Source: Promethearchaeota archaeon
GTDB lineage: Archaea; Asgardarchaeota; Lokiarchaeia; Sigyniarchaeales; SOKP01
DNA: 64,000 nt
Assembly: GCA_008080735.1 (NCBI GenBank)
Contig: SHMW01000003.1
Span: 1 to 64,000, forward strand
Direction of reading: 5' to 3'
This document shows, piece by piece, positions 59,811 to 64,000 of this stretch. The translations under genes were made by a program, and so were the position numbers. How positions within the stretch are numbered: the first letter of the stretch is position 1; the number at the start of each line of letters is the position of its first letter. The notes below the pieces were generated by a model. That model ran no database searches and was not told the origin of the DNA. It was given only the letters and a program-made list of their open reading frames with translations.

Positions 59811-60848
59811 TCATTGAAATAATGATTCTTTTTTTTTGTAAATAATCAATCCTATACATGCGATAAAAGAAATTACAAGAGGAATCAAGAGATTCACACC
59901 AATAAATCCTCCATCTTCGGAAGGTCTTGGATCTGGGCCACCATTTAACACGTGATTTAATAACGCTACATTGAATTCCAACTGCTCTATATAGGTTTTC
60001 ACTCCATATACCCCTGGAAAGTTTAGTAAAAACGCACTTTCAATACCAAGGTCATCAGCAATTTCTTTTCCAATATCTGTTCCAGAATGATAATTTCCCA
60101 CCATAATCTCAGCGTTCCAATCGCTAGCATTGCCAGATATGTGTTGAATATCTGATGGAGTCATACTATTATCGTCCATTGTCCAAACGGAGGGACCAGA
60201 AACATTAAACCCAATCCAATTCATGAAAGCTTTTTGATGTTTCATGACATATGCTTTTGTATTATTCCATTGGTAGGTTGTATTGATTTTCATCTCAAAG
60301 TAGGTTTTATATCCTTCCAACTTCGCTAAATATCCATCCTTATTATCATTAAAGGTTTCAGTGAGTGATGGATATGTCTCATTTAAGTGTGAACAGATTA
60401 CTTCCACAAACTTTGGTGCGTTTTCAGGTGAACCCCATTGGTCAGGCCACCCTATACTGCTATTCTGAATCATTCCAAATGCAGCATCTGAATTACCCGC
60501 TGATTGGAGAAGTGGCATCAAGCCAGATCCCTCAAATCCGTGATAAAACACGATATCCGCATCTTGAACGATATTTATATCACTAGGAGGATAATCATAA
60601 TGTCCCGGACAAGATCCACTTTCGATGATTACTGAAACAATTCCCTCATCTCCGATAACTTCTTGAGCAAAATCTCTTAAAACATGAGTCGTAGCGACAA
60701 CTTTCACTTCACTATTAGAAGGTTCAATATCATTTTTATTTGTAATTATTGTCCTATCGCTGAATATTTTCAGATTTGCCAAACCAAATAAAAATATCAA
60801 CGATAATGCAATAAATGCCATTTTAAACTTTTTTTTCATAAAATCCAT
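59811..60848 (-). CDS. Cluster A-I-type metal-binding protein (CPGHYD variant) with C-terminal TM anchor
   Basis: VVATT, SCPGHYD..P.D, YHGFE, WGSP.N and C-terminal TM plus KKK. Confidence 0.85.
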   Translation of the reverse strand: MDFMKKKFKMAFIALSLIFLFGLANLKIFSDRTIITNKNDIEPSNSEVKVVATTHVLRDFAQEVIGDEGIVSVIIESGSCPGHYDYPPSDINIVQDADIVFYHGFEGSGLMPLLQSAGNSDAAFGMIQNSSIGWPDQWGSPENAPKFVEVICSHLNETYPSLTETFNDNKDGYLAKLEGYKTYFEMKINTTYQWNNTKAYVMKHQKAFMNWIGFNVSGPSVWTMDDNSMTPSDIQHISGNASDWNAEIMVGNYHSGTDIGKEIADDLGIESAFLLNFPGVYGVKTYIEQLEFNVALLNHVLNGGPDPRPSEDGGFIGVNLLIPLVISFIACIGLIIYKKKESLFQ

Positions 60849-60860
60849 CTCTAATTTAGG

Positions 60861-60890
60861 AGTATTACTCTCTTCTAGTCTAGTATTACT
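60861..60890. promoter_or_regulatory. NikR-like 28-bp operator upstream of metal ABC operon 2
   Basis: GTATTA (60862-67) N16 TATTAC (60884-89), between a TATA-like element and the ATG at 60848. Confidence 0.6.
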
Positions 60891-61057
60891 TAAAAATATT
60901 ACTAGTTTTGAAGACCGTATGAAAGGGAAACAGAACTATAGCTTGGATTCACAAAATACATTTTAAGTTTTTGGGATTTAAAAATAAAAGAAGATGAATT
61001 CCAATTTTTCAAAAACTAATCTTAAAAATTAAAAATAAGATCTTTTTTAACATAAAT

Positions 61058-61936
61058 ATGGAAATTTCTATTTTTTACTTTTCGGGGACTGGGAACACCT
61101 GGTGGGTGTCTAAGAAGCTAAAATCTATTTTTAATCAGAAAGGGCATCACGCGGAAATTTATTCTATTGAAAAGAATAAAACCAATTTAGAGAATGACTT
61201 TTTAAAAATTGTGGATAAATCGGATTTAGTAGGAATTGGATATCCAGTATATGGTTCCAGCGTTCCGAAGATTATGAAAGATTGGGTGAATGAATATTTA
61301 TGTAATTATACTAAATCTAATCAAAAGAAAAAGAGCGCATTCGTGTTTGATACGATGGCTCTCTTTAGCGGTGATACGCCATTAAAAATGAGAAAATTGC
61401 TTGAAAAATGTAATTTTAAGGTAAAACAAGCAATTAATATCCGCATGCTTTCAAATCTGCCTCAAATGCCTCGTATTATGACTTGGGAAGTGGATAAACA
61501 GCAAGAAGTTTTTGAAAAGGCAGAAGCGAAATGTAATAAGTTAGTCAATAAAATATTAGAAGAAAAAAAATGGGTAATGCGGAGAGATCCGTTTAGCAGA
61601 TTACTGGGTTGGATACAGAGAGTGGGACTTCGCTTGGAAGGAAAAAAAATAAAGGAATGGTATGAAATCGATGAAGAACGATGTACTTTATGCAAAAAAT
61701 GCGTGAATTATTGTCCTGTAGATAATTTATCGATTGAAGGGAATAATGGAGATGTTCAGGTTGTGTTTGGAGATGATTGTATATATTGTATGCGCTGCTT
61801 CAATTTTTGTCCTGAAAATGCGATAATAATAATGGAGCGAACAAGAGATACAGACCGATATCGTCGATTCAGAGGGCAAATACCAGATTTCAAACTCTCA
61901 AAAATCCGAAAAACAAAAGAGCAAAACAATAAGTAA
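61058..61936 (+). CDS. Flavodoxin-ferredoxin fusion (EFR1-like)
   Basis: YFSGTGNT, G.PVY and two CxxCxxCxxxCP motifs. Confidence 0.88.
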   Translation: MEISIFYFSGTGNTWWVSKKLKSIFNQKGHHAEIYSIEKNKTNLENDFLKIVDKSDLVGIGYPVYGSSVPKIMKDWVNEYLCNYTKSNQKKKSAFVFDTMALFSGDTPLKMRKLLEKCNFKVKQAINIRMLSNLPQMPRIMTWEVDKQQEVFEKAEAKCNKLVNKILEEKKWVMRRDPFSRLLGWIQRVGLRLEGKKIKEWYEIDEERCTLCKKCVNYCPVDNLSIEGNNGDVQVVFGDDCIYCMRCFNFCPENAIIIMERTRDTDRYRRFRGQIPDFKLSKIRKTKEQNNK

Positions 61937-62082
61937 AAGATTAGATGATTTTTTCTATAAGAATAAAACAATTATTTATTATCTAAAGCGTGAATCTTTT
62001 TAGAAAAAAACTTAAAGGTAAATAGAAATAGAAACTGTTATAGATTATAGGAAATCTAAAATCTGTTAAAGATCTAATAATA

Positions 62083-62481
62083 ATGGGAAATCTCGAAGAA
62101 GCTATAAGATGGTTGAGACAATCTAAATTTGATTATCAAACTGCATCCAATAATTAGGATTTTAAATCATATGAATTGGTCTGCTTTTTATCACATCAAG
62201 TAGCTGAAAAATCACTGAAAGCTCTTTTATACTATATTGGATTACGCCCTTTCGGTCATTCATTAAAAGATCTTGTTGAGGATATAAATAAAAACAAGGA
62301 TCAGCCAGATCTAAATATACCTACTAAATGCGTTTTAGAATTGGATAAACACTACATTCCGACGAGATATCCTACGCTTTTGTATCAGGAATCCCCACAT
62401 GAATAATATTCTAAAAAAAATGCGGAAGATTGTTTAAAATGGAGCAAGATGATATTAGACTCAGCAGACGTGTTCTTATAA
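62083..62481 (+). pseudogene. HEPN pseudogene (module 3)
   Basis: MGNLEEAIRWLRQSKFDYQTASNN*DFKSYELVCFLSHQVAEKSLKA...HYIPTRYP...PHE*YSKKNAEDCLKW; two in-frame stops. Confidence 0.85.
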
Positions 62482-62621
62482 AACATAAAAAAGAAATAGA
62501 AGTTCTGAAACAGTTTATGGATGAAATTAAGAATAAAATAAGAAATAAGCTAATTTAAGTCATTTTTATTGGGTCAAATGCAAAAATTAAAAACTACATT
62601 TCTCAAGGAAAATTATCTTAA
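62439..62621 (+). pseudogene. MNT remnant (module 3)
   Basis: MEQDDIRL...LKQFMDEIKNKIRNKLI*VIFIGSNAK, truncated after the GS motif. Confidence 0.55.
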
Positions 62622-62662
62622 AAGGAAAAATTATGGAGAATTAGTTGAATACACTTTTAAGT

Positions 62663-62857
62663 TCATTCAACTTTACCTTTGAATTCAAGATTCTTCTGCT
62701 TTAAAGCTTCAGATCTAAAGCATCCACAACATAAAAACTCAACCGCAGGATGATCCCACAATGTTATCAGATATTCACGACTAAGATGATAATTCTGCCG
62801 TATAAATTCACCTAAATTAAGCTCTTCTCCACAATAGTAACAATAATTTTCTCTCAT
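62663..62857 (-). CDS. Small zinc-binding protein
   Basis: CYYC...W....EFLCCGCF in 64 aa; TATA-like element upstream. Confidence 0.65.
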   Translation of the reverse strand: MRENYCYYCGEELNLGEFIRQNYHLSREYLITLWDHPAVEFLCCGCFRSEALKQKNLEFKGKVE

Positions 62858-63158
62858 CTTGATATAAAAGATATAATTATTATATATTATATATCTTTCT
62901 GGTAGGTTTGATTTACCTCATATATTGAGTATATTGATACATCTTGATCACGGACAGTCTTCAGTTTTCAGAAAAGCTTTAAAAAATGGGAGTGGATGTT
63001 TGAATTTCGAAAAAAAATGCTCTCATCAAGAAAGATATAAACTATGGTCACATTCTAGAAAGGAGAATTAATACTAAAAAGGATAAAATACTTAATCGAG
63101 TTATTATTTTACACACCAAATTGTTTCCAAACGAAAGCTATACATATTAAATTTCTTT

Positions 63159-64000
63159 ATGACTGATTTTATCCAGCCTATTTTTGAGGATCACGATGAT
63201 ATATTTTTCATTGAAGGGAAATATGGCGGTAAAGTGCCCTTCTCTAATTGTCTCTTAATTGCCGACCATATCATAGATACGGGGATCTCAGCATTATATT
63301 TGAAGAGGTTAAGACATAAATTTACTATTAGGAAAGTTCTATTTAGCCATTGGCATGATGATCATATTAGGGATAATAGAATCCTTGAAGATATTCCCTT
63401 TTATTGTCATCCGAAATGTAAACCCATTATTGAAGATATAGATAAACTGCTTGATTTATACGCTATTCGAGGAACGCCCGTTGAGATTAAATTTAAGGAA
63501 TATCTCTCGGATGTAATTGATGTGTATAATACTAAAATTAAGGGATCGTTTAGTCCAGGGGATGTTTTTCAAATAGGAAGCTATGAAATGCAGATTATAT
63601 CTACACCAGGGCATTCTGTGGGCCATTGCGCATTTCATATCCCAGAGCTTAAATTTGCTTTTATCGGAGATATAGATCTCTCAAAATTTGGGCCCTGGTA
63701 TGGTGGGACTGATTCTAATATTTCTGAGTTCATCGAATCCATCGAAAAAATCCGTAAAATGGATCTTGAAGTCGTTGCCACGGGTCATCGGGGAATCGTT
63801 CGGGGAAAAGAACTCATAAATCAACAGTTAATAAATTATAAAGAAATTTTTAATGCTCGAGAGGAAAAAATTTTGTCATTCTTGACAAAAGAGCACCCGA
63901 CAAGTCCCGAAGATCTGCTTGAAAAAAGTATTATTTATAAAGATTACCGCTTTCTTAAACCATTTTTGCTGGTAATGGAAAAAACAATGATCGATAAGCA
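63159..64000 (+). CDS. Metallo-beta-lactamase fold hydrolase (partial, runs off the window edge)
   Basis: Manual translation from ATG 63159: IDTG, SHWHDDH, TPGHSVGH, FIGDID and ATGH. Confidence 0.88.
   Translation, partial: MTDFIQPIFEDHDDIFFIEGKYGGKVPFSNCLLIADHIIDTGISALYLKRLRHKFTIRKVLFSHWHDDHIRDNRILEDIPFYCHPKCKPIIEDIDKLLDLYAIRGTPVEIKFKEYLSDVIDVYNTKIKGSFSPGDVFQIGSYEMQIISTPGHSVGHCAFHIPELKFAFIGDIDLSKFGPWYGGTDSNISEFIESIEKIRKMDLEVVATGHRGIVRGKELINQQLINYKEIFNAREEKILSFLTKEHPTSPEDLLEKSIIYKDYRFLKPFLLVMEKTMIDK

Noticed and set aside
62155-62157. Amber readthrough in the third HEPN
   Set aside because: The same frame also has an in-frame TAA and the partner MNT is truncated, so it is a pseudogene.
1-64000. 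CRISPR array, tRNA/rRNA genes, intact transposases
   Set aside because: No regularly spaced repeats, cloverleaf or rRNA-like GC-rich tracts, or transposase ORFs were seen by eye.

Overview
AT-rich archaeal chromosomal window, most likely from an Asgard archaeon of the Lokiarchaeia type. This rests on archaeal TATA promoters, a Loki/PGF-CTERM-like C-terminal anchor, a split archaeal glutamate synthase, and fatty-acid oxidation genes; the taxonomy is an inference. The window is dominated by nitrogen and glutamine metabolism: probable Re-citrate/homocitrate synthase, pyrG, two tandem carAB pairs, glutamine-dependent nadE, a KaiC-like ATPase-amt-glnK operon next to an RHH regulator, ilvE, three-part glutamate synthase preceded by an HdrB-HdrC fusion, and glnA with a divergent Lrp. 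It also holds a beta-oxidation cluster, a heterodimeric ABC exporter, two convergent metal ABC importers, three HEPN-MNT loci (one decayed) and several pseudogene remnants. No rRNA, tRNA, CRISPR array or intact transposase was seen. Best leads: (1) an unannotated 28-codon Ala/Ile/Leu/Val-rich leader ORF inside a highly structured RNA upstream of ilvE, a candidate translation-coupled attenuator in an archaeon; (2) a second, intact CPS whose small subunit has lost its catalytic Cys and His, a candidate ammonia-dependent CPS paralleling vertebrate CPS I; (3) an HdrBC fusion in tandem with glutamate synthase; (4) two metal importers with distinct visible operators, one NikR-like, and a permease-methyltransferase fusion.
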